NCBI GenBank assembly: GCA_964016885.1
Contig: OZ024765.1
Span: 10,106,001-10,170,000, forward strand
Direction: 5' to 3'
Length of the DNA stretch: 64,000 bases
DNA from: Eledone cirrhosa
Taxonomy: Eukaryota
Within the stretch, counting starts at the first letter, position 1, and each line of letters begins with the position of its first letter. The notes below the pieces were generated by a model. That model saw nothing but the letters and a program-made list of their open reading frames with translations. It searched no databases and was not told the origin of the DNA. Below are positions 1 to 13,868 of this stretch, piece after piece. Position numbers and translations under genes: made by a program.

Positions 1-19
1 TATACATATATATATACAC

Positions 20-64
<45 letters not shown>

Positions 65-809
65 CATATTTATATACATATATATACATACATATATATA
101 TATACATATATATATACATATATATACATACATATATATACATATATATATACATATATATATATACATATATATATATACATATATATACATTCATATA
201 TATACATTCATATATATATATTCATATATATATACATATATATATACATATATATATACATATATATATACATATATATATACACATATGAATTATAACC
301 GTCGTGGATTATGTGAGGGGCATATAATCTGAAAAATACGCTCCCCAGACTATGAAAATGTCGCAGTGCATGAAATCCATATCATCACTTTGCTACGCAT
401 TTTCAATATTTTTAATGCTTACACTATTTTTAATACTTATACTATTTCTCCTCACACAGACTATAACAATCACATAAAGAATTCATCACCAGATCAACCA
501 CCTTAACACTCTCGATTACCTGCTTAAGTGCTTCTATTACACGTAACTCTCTGCCACACTATATAAACAAGATGCACGTGCTTGCCACACATATATCCCT
601 TGCACTCTATAACCGCTTAATTTCATGTTGTATTTTAACCTGTATTTTTGATTGTATTTTTGATTGTATCTTTTAATATGAATGTAATCTCTAAGTGTGT
701 ACTGCCACACTAAATGCTATAATGAATGTTGACCCACAATATTTGCATATGTATCTGTATGTCTCTTGGGTGAAAAGGAGGTCATATAAGTGTTCATTCA
801 ATAATAAAT

Positions 810-856
810 TGCTCCGAAGAATCCAAACCTCGGTTTGGAGGAAACAGTTGTAAGCA
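810..856 (+). ncRNA. Type I hammerhead-like motif (U4C core variant)
   Basis: TGCT-CCGAAGA-a-TCCAAAC ctcg GTTTGGA-g-GAAAC agtt GTA-AGCA; all three stems pair. Confidence 0.7.
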
Positions 857-1083
857 TAAAAATGTTTTGAACAGTTCTTTGATTCTTATAATTCATATAA
901 CTGCTCTGTAAATCATCTGATGTTATTACATTGAGCTATTTAACTTATTGGTAATAAGGTAGTAATATATTACTGCCTACCACTATTTAGGGTTTATAAA
1001 AATATATATAACTGCAAAAGGTTTTTGTATTTACATAACCATAAATAGTATAATTAATACTATATACACATATATATACATAT

Positions 1084-1152
<69 letters not shown>

Positions 1153-1267
1153 TATATACATATATATATGTATACATATATATATATACATATATACACA
1201 TATATATATACATATACATATATATACATATACATATATATACATATATATATATATATATTTATAC

Positions 1268-1299
<32 letters not shown>

Positions 1300-1519
1300 A
1301 TATATATATATACATATATATATACATATATATATATGTATATACATATATATATATTTATACATATATATATACATATACATATATATATATACATATA
1401 TATATACATACATATATATACATATATATATACATACATATATATATACATACATATATATAGATATATATATACATACATATATACATATATATATATA
1501 TAGGAAAAGCGGATGTAAA

Positions 1520-1557
<38 letters not shown>

Positions 1558-1631
1558 ATATATATACATACATATATACATACATATATACATACATATA
1601 TACATACATATATATACATATATATATACAT

Positions 1632-1698
<67 letters not shown>

Positions 1699-2135
1699 AG
1701 GAAAAAAGATGAAATTGAAAATGCAACTGGAGTCTTATTTTAAAAAATATATATATATTTATTTGGTTCCTTTACCAGTTTCGCAGTTCTTCTGCTTTTA
1801 AAAAGTAGAGTTGAGATGGGGGGTCTGTGGTTTTTCTGTGTAGGACACCTCACTTTCTAATATATACATATATATATATATATACATATATATATAAGTA
1901 TCAAAATGAAAATCCGAAAGCAAGGTAAAATTCCAATCATTTAATCACGACACATGTTTCAATAAGAGATAGATCGATTGTGAAGCCATGATCGATTATC
2001 ACTGATCTCATCAGGTGAAAATGAATTGTCTTCAAATTCTTGATATGAGGGAGAAAAAATATGAGGGAATGAATTCTGTGAGAGAACATCGATATTTTTT
2101 CTCCCTCATATCAAGAATTTGAAGACAATTCATTT

Positions 2136-2205
2136 TCACCTGATGAGATCAGTGATAATCATGACTTCACAATCGATCTATCTCTTATTGAAACATGTGT
2201 CGTGA
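2136..2205 (+). ncRNA. Type I hammerhead motif; inverted copy at 1945-2018 (-)
   Basis: TCAC-CTGATGA-(irregular stem II)-GAAAC atgt GTC-GTGA; lies in an inverted repeat with arms of about 165 bp (1893-2062 / 2092-2257). Confidence 0.65.
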
Positions 2206-2485
2206 TTAAATGATTGGAATTCTACCTTGCCTTCGGATTTTCATTTTGATACTTATACTCCGTTTTACATCATCTAGCTGTTCCCTTGAATGGGATTGGA
2301 GATATACAAAAGCGTGGAGGACTTAATATTGCTAACATAACTTTATTGGACCATTTTACACAACCAATAATGCACCTTACTATATAACAACTATATATAT
2401 ACATATATATATACATATATATATACATATATATATACATACATATATATATATATACATACATATATATATATATATACATACA

Positions 2486-2523
<38 letters not shown>

Positions 2524-2584
2524 CATACATATATATATACATACATATATATATACATACATATATATATACATACATATATAT

Positions 2585-2677
<93 letters not shown>

Positions 2678-2679
2678 TA

Positions 2680-3262
2680 AATATTAAAGGGTTAAATACT
2701 AAAGGGTTATATAATAAAGGTTAAATACTAAAGGGTTAACTACTAAAGGGTTAAATAATAAAGGGTCAAATAGTAAAGGGTTAAATACTAAAGGGTTAAA
2801 TAGTAAAGGGTTAAATACTAAAGGGTTAAATGGTAAAGGATTAACTACTAAAGGGTTAAATACTAGAGGACTAAATACTAAAGGTTAACTACTAAAGGTT
2901 AAATACTAAAGGGTTAAATACAAAAGGGTTAACTACTAAAGGGTTAACTACTAAAGGGTTAACTACTAAAAGGTTAACTACTAAAAGGTTAACTACTAAA
3001 AGGTTAACTACTAAAGGTTAAATACTAAAGGGTTAAATACTGAAGGGTTAACTACTAAAGGGTTAACTACTAAAGGGTTAAGTTCTAAAGGGTTAACTTC
3101 TAAAGGGTTAAATACTAAAGGGTTAACTTCTAAAGGGTTCAATACTAAAGGGTTGATTACTAAAGGGTTAAATACTAAAGGTGTAAATACTAAAGGGTTA
3201 ACTACTAAAGGGTTAACTACTAAAGGGTTAAATACTAAAGGGTTAAATACTAAAGGGTTAAA
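2680..3262. repeat. 14-15 bp minisatellite (ggttaactactaaag)n; second array at about 9410-9765
   Basis: Direct inspection. Confidence 0.9.
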
Positions 3263-3612
3263 CTCTGATAAAAAAAAGTGTCACAACAAAAAAAAGGAAA
3301 AAAGGAAGAAAGAAAGAGAGAAGGGGAAAAAACACACAGTCCACACTGTAATGTGGCCGTGTAGGTAACACTGTAAAAACCTCCCAGTCCCACACTGTAA
3401 ATGCGGTTGGTGTTAGGAAGGGCATCCAGCTGTAGAAAACCTGCCAGATAGTCCTATACGAACGAGACACGGTCACCTGACCAATCTTACCTCAAGTGCG
3501 ACACTTCCTGTCTGACCCATGCTAGCGTGGAAGGTGGACATTAAACGATGATGATATATATTGAGTACTATGGATTTCATTTTGTGTTCTTTGATCTTTT
3601 CATCTCTAATAG

Positions 3613-3732
3613 TGACCTGTTTGAGCGATGGAGAATATGTACCAGCAGGACCAATAGGGGATTCAGGGTGTAACTGCACACTAGATGGCGTTATATGTAA
3701 AGGAAAACCTGATCCCGGCCCGTATGAACCAG
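3613..3732 (+). CDS. Cys-module exon 1 ([39 protein letters not shown])
   Basis: TAG acceptor, CAG|GTAAT donor, 120 nt, open frame. Confidence 0.85.
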
Positions 3733-6700
3733 GTAATTATGGTATTACAATTATCTCAGGTGTGGGTGTGGGTGTGGGTGTGTGTATGTGTGTGTGTGTG
3801 TGTGTGTGTCTGTGTGTGCCTGGTTATGTGTGTCTGGGTGTGTGTGTGTGTGTCTGGGTGTGTGTGTGTGTCTGGGTGTGTGGGGGTCAGAGTGTATGTG
3901 TCTGTGTGTGTGTCTGGGTGTGTGTGTGTTGGGGTCAGAGTGTATGTGTCTGTGTGTGTGTCTGGGTGTGTGTATGTGTCTGTGTGTGTGTCTGGGTGTG
4001 TGTGTGTGTCTGGGTGTGTTGGGGTCAGAGTGTATGTGTCTGTGTGTGTGTCTGGGTGTGTGTGTGTGTCTGGGTGTGTGTGTGTGTCTGGGTGTGTTGG
4101 GGTCAGAGTGTATGTGTCTGTGTGTGTGTCTGGGTGTGTGTGTGTGTCTGGGTGTGTGTGTGTGTCTGGGTGTGTTGGGGTCAGAGTGTATGTGTCTGTG
4201 TGTGTGTCTGGGTGTGTTGGGGTCAGAGTGTATGTGTCTGTGTGTGTGTCTGGGTGTGTGTGTGTGTCTGGGTGTGTTGGGGTCAGAGTGTATGTGTCTG
4301 TGTGTGTGTCTGGGTGTGTGTGTGTGTCTGGGTGTGTTGGGGTCAGAGTGTATGTGTCTGTGTGTGTGTCTGGGTGTGTTGGGGTCAGAGTGTATGTGTC
4401 TGTGTGTGTGTCTGGGTGTGTGTGTGTGTCTGGGTGTGTTGGGGTCAGAGTGTATGTGTCTGTGTGTGTGTCTGGGTGTGTTGGGGTCAGAGTGTATGTG
4501 TCTGTGTGTGTGTCTGGGTGTGTGTGTGTGTCTGGGTGTGTGTGTGTGTCTGGGTGTGTTGGGGTCAGAGTGTATGTGTCTGGGTGTGTTGGGGTCAGAG
4601 TGTATGTGTCTGTGTGTGTGTCTGGGTGTGTGTGTGTGTCTGGGTGTGTGTGTGTGTCTGGGTGTGTTGGGGTCAGAGTGTATGTGTCTGTGTGTGTGTC
4701 TGGGTGTGTGTGTGTGTCTGGGTGTGTGTGTGTGTCTGGGTGTGTTGGGGTCAGAGTGTATGTGTCTGTGTGTGTGTCTGGGTGTGTTGGGGTCAGAGTG
4801 TATGTGTCTGTGTGTGTGTCTGGGTGTGTGTGTGTGTCTGGGTGTGTTGGGGTCAGAGTGTATGTGTCTGTGTGTGTGTCTGGGTGTGTTGGGGTCAGAG
4901 TGTATGTGTCTGTGTGTGTGTCTGGGTGTGTTGGGGTCAGAGTGTATGTGTCTGTGTGTGTGTCTGGGTGTGTGTGTGTGTCTGGGTGTGTTGGGGTCAG
5001 AGTGTATGTGTCTGTGTGTGTGTCTGGGTGTGTGTGTGTGTCTGGGTGTGTGTGTGTGTCTGGGTGTGTTGGGGTCAGAGTGTATGTGTCTGGGTGTGTT
5101 GGGGTCAGAGTGTATGTGTCTGTGTGTGTGTCTGGGTGTGTGTGTGTGTCTGGGTGTGTGTGTGTGTCTGGGTGTGTTGGGGTCAGAGTGTATGTGTCTG
5201 TGTGTGTGTCTGGGTGTGTGTGTGTGTCTGGGTGTGTGTGTGTGTCTGGGTGTGTTGGGGTCAGAGTGTATGTGTCTGTGTGTGTGTCTGGGTGTGTTGG
5301 GGTCAGAGTGTATGTGTCTGTGTGTGTGTCTGGGTGTGTTGGGGTCAGAGTGTATGTGTCTGTGTGTGTGTCTGGGTGTGTGTGTGTGTCTGGGTGTGTT
5401 GGGGTCAGAGTGTATGTGTCTGTGTGTGTGTCTGGGTGTGTTGGGGTCAGAGTGTATGTGTCTGTGTGTGTGTCTGGGTGTGTTGGGGTCAGAGTGTATG
5501 TGTCTGTGTGTGTGTCTGGGTGTGTGTGTGTGTCTGGGTGTGTTGGGGTCAGAGTGTATGTGTCTGTGTGTGTGTCTGGGTGTGTTGGGGTCAGAGTGTA
5601 TGTGTCTGTGTGTGTGTCTGGGTGTGTTGGGGTCAGAGTGTATGTGTCTGTGTGTGTGTCTGGGTGTGTTGGGGTCAGAGTGTATGTGTCTGTGTGTGTG
5701 TCTGGGTGTGTGTGTGTGTCTGGGTGTGTTGGGGTCAGAGTGTATGTGTCTGTGTGTGTGTCTGGGTGTGTGTGTGTGTCTGGGTGTGTTGGGGTCAGAG
5801 TGTATGTGTCTGTGTGTGTGTCTGGGTGTGTGTGTGTGTCTGGGTGTGTTGGGGTCAGAGTGTATGTGTCTGCCTGTGTGTGTGTCTGGGTGTGTGTGTC
5901 TGGGTGGCTGTGTCTGTGTGTGTGTCTGGGTGTGTATGTGTCTAGGTGTGTCTGGGTGTGTGTGAGTGTCTACGTGTGTGTATGTGTGTGTGCATGCATG
6001 TGTGTATGTATGTGTCAGTGTATGTGTGTGTGTCAGTGTGTGTGTATGTGCATGCATGTGTGTATGTATGTGTCAGTGTATGTGTGTGACAGTGTGTGTG
6101 TATGTGCATGCATGTGTGTATGTATGTGTCAGTGTATGTGTGTGTGTGTCAGTGTGTGTGTATGTGCATGCATGTGTGTATGTATGTGTCAGTGTATGTG
6201 TGTGTGTGTCAGTGTGTGTGTATGTGCATGCATGTGTGTATGTATGTGTCAGTGTATGTGTGTGTGTGTCAGTGTGTGTGTATGTGCATGCATGTGTGTA
6301 TGTATGTGTCAGTGTATGTGTGTGTCAGTGTGTGTGTCTGTGTGTGTGCATGCATGTGTGTATGTCAGTGTGTGTGTGTCAGTGTGTGAATGTGTCAAGG
6401 TGTGTGTGTGTCAGTGTGTGTGTGTCAAGGTGTGTATGTGTCAAGGTGTGTATGTATCAGTGTGTGTGTGTCAGTGTGTGTGTGTCAGTGTGTGTTTGTG
6501 TCAGTGTATGTGTCAGTGTGTGTGTGTCAGTGTGTGTGTGTGTGTCAGTGTGTGTGTGTGTGTCAGTGTGTGTGTGTGTGTCAGTGTGTGTGTGTGTGTG
6601 TGTGTGTGTCAGTGTGTGTGTGTGTATGTGTCAGTGTATGTGTCAGTGTGTGTGTGTGTGTCAGTGTGTGTGTATGTCACTTTACAAATGTGTACTGTAA

Positions 6701-8757
6701 ATGAAACAATGCCAAGTATTTAACCCTTTTGACATCAACCCACCCTGGAACTCTCCAGAAGCCCCCAGTCACCTAGAACACCCTGGGACCCAATGGAATC
6801 CCCTAGAACACTCTGGGAGCCAGTGGAATCCCCTGGAACACTCTGGGAGCCAGTGGAATCACCTAAAACACTCTGGGACCCAATGGATTCCCTGGAATAC
6901 TCTGGGACTCTGTGGAATCCCCTGGAACACTCTAGGGCCCAGTAGAATCCCCTGGAACACTCTGGGGCCCAGTGGAATCACCTGGAACACTCTGGGGCCC
7001 AGTGAAGTCCCCTGGAACACTCTGAGACCCAGTGGAATCCCCTGGAACACTCTGGAACACTCTGGAACCCAGTGGAATCCCCTGGAACACTCTGGGACCC
7101 AGTGGAATCACCTGGAACACTCTGGGACCCAGTGGAATCACCTGGAACACTCTGGGGCCCAATGGAATCCCCTGGAACACTCTGGGGCCCAGTGGAATCC
7201 CCTGGAACACTCTGGGGCCCAGTGAAATCCCCTGGAACACTCTGGGACCCAGTGGAATCCCCTGGAACACTCTGGGACCCAGTGGAATCCCCTGGAACAC
7301 TCTGGGGCCCAGTGGAATCACCTAGAACACTCTGGATGCAGGGCCCAATTTAGACCTTCCGGGGTAGTCATCATACACAAAAAATTAGAATACACAGCAA
7401 ACTCCCAATTTTAAATATCAAAGTCAGCTTGGCGCAAGTAACTGGATTTGAAAAGTTATACATACAGGTGTTAAATTCGAAAATTCTAACCATCCTAAAA
7501 CTAAAAAGCCCAGCTGAGGGCACAAATAAAATGCTATGGCCGTCACTGATAAGAACCTCCTCCCCCCTCCCCTCCACTGTGGTGGATGGGGTGGTGGTGG
7601 GGAGCGGACGGTGGGGGTACATGGGGTGGTGAAGGACCCGGAATATGGACACCCGTATTCCCCCCACCGGAGGCTGAGAACGAGACTGGTAATTATCTCC
7701 TTTGTTACCAAATTAGTACATCTTTTCCCTGATGAGAAGACAAATACATATGCTAACCTCTTTGATATGAAATTAGTACTCTTTTCAGGATAACAATATA
7801 ATTATTAACCCTTTAGAATTCACATTACTCTATGAATACTACTGTATTTTCATGGTAAAGGCTTTATCTCACATAATATCGAATCTATGAGATTTTCATA
7901 TTATTTATTTTGAGAACAATACCTTAACATCAGTTTGAGCGACCAGTTACAGCCAGTTTCAACAGAAAGAGGTAGAGAATTCTGGCTGGTTTTGGCCGGT
8001 TTAAACATTAAAGGGTTAAGGTCAGTATTTCCATTAAGCGATGTGCATGTCTTCTGATGAGAAGCCAAATACATATGCTAACTCCTTTGATACGAAATTA
8101 GTACTCTTTACAGGATAACAATATAATTATTACAGTAAGTATTCCCATTAGGCGATGTACATATCTTCTTATGACAACCCAAATACATATGCAAATCAAT
8201 TCAAGATATTTAGGAACTTTTTCAATTTGCAGGGAAGAAAGGAAGTATGTAAAATGTTATGTTAACATATCTATATTTTCAATGTGTAAATTTACATACA
8301 TATTTACACAGTCTACATATAGAGAGTTCACCAGGAAAATGTATACACATTTCAGCAAAAGAAAAAAAATTTATAAATATTTTTCTTGCTTAAATACCTC
8401 TTTCGAAAGTTATATCTAAACATATATATATGTTTTTGATCCTCTCCTTTGTTCTGTCATACGCCATAACAAAGGAGAGGCACAAAAACAAAGAAAAGAA
8501 TCCCCAGTCACTGAAGAGGTCACAGATTGTGTGACGAAAGAACTTTGACAATATATGAACAATCATCTGGTTGTGGAACCAACCAACCAACCGGAAATTT
8601 ATAAATTCCTAAATTTATAAATTTATTATAATAAATTGAAGTGAAAGCAAGTGGTGCGTGTGTTTCTTATTGGCAACATGACCCTCCCAAAGTATAACAA
8701 TATCGGTTTAAACACACGTTTTCAGATAAAGAATCTTGCTAAACAAATTCAGAAACG

Positions 8758-8819
<62 letters not shown>

Positions 8820-11800
8820 ATAATAATAAATTTGAAGACTAAAATCCAAAGAGGGCTCGATTAGGATAAATATATATCAAATATATAAGAACCGTAGAGC
8901 AAATGTTTATTAAAATAACAGATTAAAGTTTAAGCAAAGAATTGCTGCTTTCACTCTTAACGGGATCTTATATATATATATGAGTACCTATGAATACCTG
9001 AGAGTACCTGGGAGTACCTAGAGTACCTGAGACTAACTATGTGTATATTCTTTCTTTTTCTTGTACAGATGTTCAATGTTTGTTTAAAGGTGATCTGAAA
9101 CCAATTGGAAGAATCAATTCATTTTGTAATTGTACGAAAGATGGCAGAGTTTTATGTAACACTACCGATGATTTTAGTATGGATGACGTTCCAGGTAAGA
9201 CTCCTCTTACTTCCCATTCACCTTCCTCAGGTAAAGCTCCCCCTTCTTCACCTCACCCTTCACCTTCCACCTGTACAGGTAAGACTCCTCCTACTGCTCT
9301 TTCACCTTCCTCAAGTAAGCTCCTCCTCCTTCCACCTGTACAGGTAAAGCTCCTCCTCCTCCTTCCTCAGGTAAGCCTCCTCCTTCCTCAGGTAAGCTCC
9401 TCCTCCTTCTTAACTACTAAAGGTTAACTACTAAAGGTTAACTACTAAAGGTTAACTACTAAAGGTTAACTACTAAAGGTTAACTACTAAAGGTTAACTA
9501 CTAAAAGTTAAATACTAACGGGTTAAATACTAAAGGGTTAACTACTAAAGGGTTAACTACTAAAGGGTTAACTATTAAAGGTTAACTACTAAAGGTTAAC
9601 TACTAAAGGTTAACTACTAAAAGTTAACTACTAAAGGTTAACTACTAAAGGTTAACTATTAAAGGTTAACTACTAAAGGTTAACTACTAAAAGTTAAATA
9701 CTAACGGGTTAAATACTAAAGGGTTAACTACTAAAGGGTTAACTACTAAAGGTTAACTACTAAAGATTAAAGTTTAAGCAAAGAATTGCTGCTCAAAGAA
9801 TTGCTGCTTAAAGAATTGCAGATTAAAGTTTAAGCAAAGAATTGCTGCTTTCACCCTTAACGGGATCTTATATATATATATGAGTACCTATGAATACCTG
9901 AGAGTACCTGGGAGTACCTAGAGTACCTGAGACTAACTATGTGTATATTCTTTCTTTTTCTTGTACAGATGTTCAATGTTTGTTTAAAGGTGAACCAAAA
10001 CCAATTGGAAGAATCAATTCATTTTGTAATTGTACGAAAGATGGCAGAGTTTTATGTAACACTACCGATGATTTTAATATAGATATCATTCCAGGTAAGA
10101 CTCCTCCTACTGCTCTTTCACCTTCCTCAAGTAAGCTCCTCCTCCTTCACCTCCTCCTTCCACCTGTACAGGTAAAGCTCCTCCTCCTCCTCCTTCCTCA
10201 GGTAAGCTCCTCCTCCTTCTTAACTATTAAAGGTTAACTGCTAAAGGTATGTGTGTGTGTGTGTGTGTCTGTGTGTGTGTCAGTGTGTGTGCATGCATGC
10301 GTGTATGTATGTGTCAGTGTGTGTGTATGTGTCAGTGTGTGTATGTGTCAGTGTGTATGTGTCAGTGTGTATGTGTCAGTGTGTATGTGTCAGTGTGTGT
10401 ATGTGTCAGTGTGTGTGTGTGTGTCAGTGTGTGTGTATGTCACTTTACAAATGTGTACTGTAAATGAAACAATGCCAAGTATTTAATCCTTTTGACATCA
10501 ACCCACCCTGGAACTCTCCAGAAGCCCCCAGTCACCTAGAACACCCTGGGACCCAATGGAATCCCTTACAACACTCTGGAACCCAGTGGAATCCCCTGGA
10601 ACACTCTGGGGCCCAGTGGAATACCCTGGAAAACTCTGGGGCCCAGTGGAATCACCTAGAACACTCTGGGGCCCAGTGGAATGCCCTAGAACACTCTGGG
10701 ACCCAGTGGAATCCCTGGAACACTCTGGGGCCCAGTGGAATCCCCTGGAACACTCTGGGGCCCAGTGGAATCACCCAGAACACTCTGGGGCCCAGTGGAA
10801 TCCCTTAGAACACTCTGGAACCCAGTGGAATCCCCTGGAACACTCTGGGGCCCAGTGGAATACCCTGGAACACTCTAGGGCCCAGTGGAATACCCTGGAA
10901 CACTCTGGGGCCCAGTGGAATCACCTAGAACACTCTGGGGCCCAGTGGAATACCCTGGAACACTCTGGGGCCCAGTGGAATCACCTAGAACACTCTGGGG
11001 CCCAGTGGAATGCCCTAGAACACTCTGGGACCCAGTGGAATCCCTGGAACACTCTGGGGCCCAGTGGAATCACCCAGAACACTCTGGGGCCCAGTGGAAT
11101 CCCCTGGAACACTCTGGGGCCCAGTGGAATACCCTGGAACACTCTGGGGCCCAGTGGAATACCCTGGAACACTCTGGGGCCCAGTGGAATCACCTAGAAC
11201 ACTCTGGGGCCCAGTGGAATACCCTGGAACACTCTGGGGCCCAGTGGAATCACCTAGAACACTCTGGGGCCCAGTGGAATGCCCTAGAACACTCTGGGAC
11301 CCAGTGGAATCCCTGGAACACTCTGGGGCCCAGTGGAATCACCCAGAACACTCTGGGGCCCAGTGGAATCCCCTGGAACACTCTGGGGCCCAGTGGAATC
11401 ACCTAGAACACTCTGGGACCCAGTGGAATCCCCTGGAACATTCTGGGGCCCAGTGGAATCCCCTAGAACACTCTGGGACCCAGTGGAATCACCTAGAACA
11501 GTCTGGGACCCAGTGGAATCCCCTAGAACACTCTGGGACCCAGTGGAATCCCTTGGTAGACCCTGGAACATCTTGGTATCTGCTGGAACTCCCTGGAACT
11601 CTACTCTGCTTCTATGATAAAAATCTATTTCGATTAGAGTTCATATTTATCAAAAAACCTTCCTCCATATTTCTATATACAAACTTTTATTAACCCTTTA
11701 GCATTTAAACCGGTCATATCCAACCAGAATTCTCTCACCTCTTTCTATTCAAACTGGCTGTTACCAGCTATTCATATTTATGTTAAGGTATTGTTCTCAA

Positions 11801-13508
11801 AATAATTATCAAGATCTCATAGATTTGATATTATGTGAGATAATTATGTGAAATAAAGAGTTTATGGTGAAAATATAATAGTAAATATAGAATAATGTCA
11901 ATGCTAAAGGGTTAAGTTATGTCCAAACACCAGCTTAACCCTTTTGATATCAAACCCCACTGGAACCTCACCTCTGGTTCTATGTCAAAAAACTGTTTAG
12001 TTTAAAGGGTCCATATTTGATACAAAACCACCTAAACCTCCAACCTGTTCCTATGATAACCTTTTTATTTATCTAAAAGTCTTCCATCTATATTCTGCAT
12101 AAGAACCTTTGTTAAGTTGTGTTCCAAACAACAGCTTAACCCTTTTGATACCAAACTACCCTGTTTCTACGATAAAAATTTTTATATTTATCAAAAAATT
12201 TTCCATCATAATTCTAGATAAGAGCCTTTGTTAAGTTATATTCCATCAGATCTGAGTTGGTACTCAAAGTGAAGTAACAGTCCGTACAGTGGGATACGAT
12301 CCTGTACGAATGCCCAAACAGGCCAGGGGACCACAACTGGCTTATACATTGCTATGCGCTACCAAGTTCATTTTATCATGACACCATTATAGGATCAGTC
12401 TACAGAGTGTACTGGGTGCCTTTATAATGTAAATCACCAACACTAGGGAGACAGTCATGTCTTTGACAAAACTAAAAAATTCTCTCATCACTTTGTTAAG
12501 CAAGTTTACTATGGCTGGATGCAGGGCCCAATTTAGACCTTCGGGGGTAGTCATCATACATAAAAAATTAGAATACACAGCAAACTCCCAATTTTAAATA
12601 TCAAAGTCAGCTTGGCGCAAGTAACTGGATTTGAAAAGTTATACATACAGGTGTTAAATTCGAAAATTCTAATCATCCTAAAACTAAAAGGCCCAGCTGA
12701 GGGCACAAATAAAATGCTATGGCCGTCACTAATAAGAACCCCCCCCCCACTCCACTGTAGAGAGCCTGGGGCAATGTTTCCCTTTTCCCTCCTCCCCATT
12801 AGTAATTTGATTACCTCATACTACTCCTTTCGCTTTACGTCTGCTGCCTGCATGAATGTATGTGTGTGTAAAAGGAAGGGGATGGTGAAAACAACAAAAA
12901 CAGAGTGCTGCTACCTCTCTTGTTATGACTACCTCATACTACTCCTCTCTCTTTACATCTGAACGCTAACCACATTAGAGCACTAAATATATTCCATCAT
13001 GAAGGTACGTGGCTGAGTGGTTAGAGAGTTGGATTCACAATCGCGAGGTTGTGATTTCAATTTCCAGACCGGGCGATGCGTTATGTCCTTCAATAAGACA
13101 CTTTATTTCACGTTGCTCTTTTTATGTGGAGTTGCGACTGATAGATAATATTAGCAATTGGAAAGACCAATGGAAACATTGTTTCCTCCGTTTGATTTGA
13201 CGAGCACCACCCCACTCGTTAAGCAACTGAGGTCTGGGATCTTATCGATCAGCAGTCTACATATATATTCCATTGTAATGTGTGTATTGAGTACTCTAAC
13301 TTTGTGAGCTTTCCTTTACTTCTTCAGAGAAACCATGTTCCTATAAAGGGGAACTTGTAGGTCCCGGTCAGATTGGAAATTCAGGATGTAACTGCACAAA
13401 CGGAACTGTTGTATGTGATAAACGAAAAGGTTGGTAAACCCTTTATTACAATATTTGTAGGGATTTAATAATATAGCTAACCTCCTCATCTTTAACTTCT
13501 TCAGTACC

Positions 13509-13539
<31 letters not shown>

Positions 13540-13812
13540 CGCTGTAATGTGGCCATGTAGGTAACAGGGTAAAAAGTTCCCATTTCCACGCTGTAAATGT
13601 GGTTGGTGTTAGGTAGGGCATCCAGCCGTAGAAAACCTGCCAAACAGACCTATATGAGCAAGACACGGTCACCCGACCAACCTTGCCTCAAGTGGGACAA
13701 CTCCCGTCTAACCCATGCTAGCGTGGAAAATGGACGTTAAACGAAGATGATGATGATGATGATGATAGATGTATATATATATATGTATATATGTATATAT
13801 ATATATATATTC

Positions 13813-13868
<56 letters not shown>

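Noticed and set aside
3570-3612. In-frame ATG giving a signal-peptide-like [15 protein letters not shown] before module 1
   Set aside because: The hydrophobicity is explained by the polypyrimidine tract of a phase-1 acceptor matching the other exons, and it directly follows a retroelement tail; not fully excluded without 5' RACE
7725-8110. CTGATGA...GAAA pairs at about 7729 and 8055
   Set aside because: Stems I, II and III cannot be paired, so these were not counted as hammerheads
9410-9765. Interstitial telomeric repeat
   Set aside because: The unit is 14-15 bp (taaagg(g)ttaactac), not TTAGGG
6701-11693. Repetitive [10 protein letters not shown] / [10 protein letters not shown] ORFs
   Set aside because: A 30-bp intronic minisatellite that switches frames, with no splice signals
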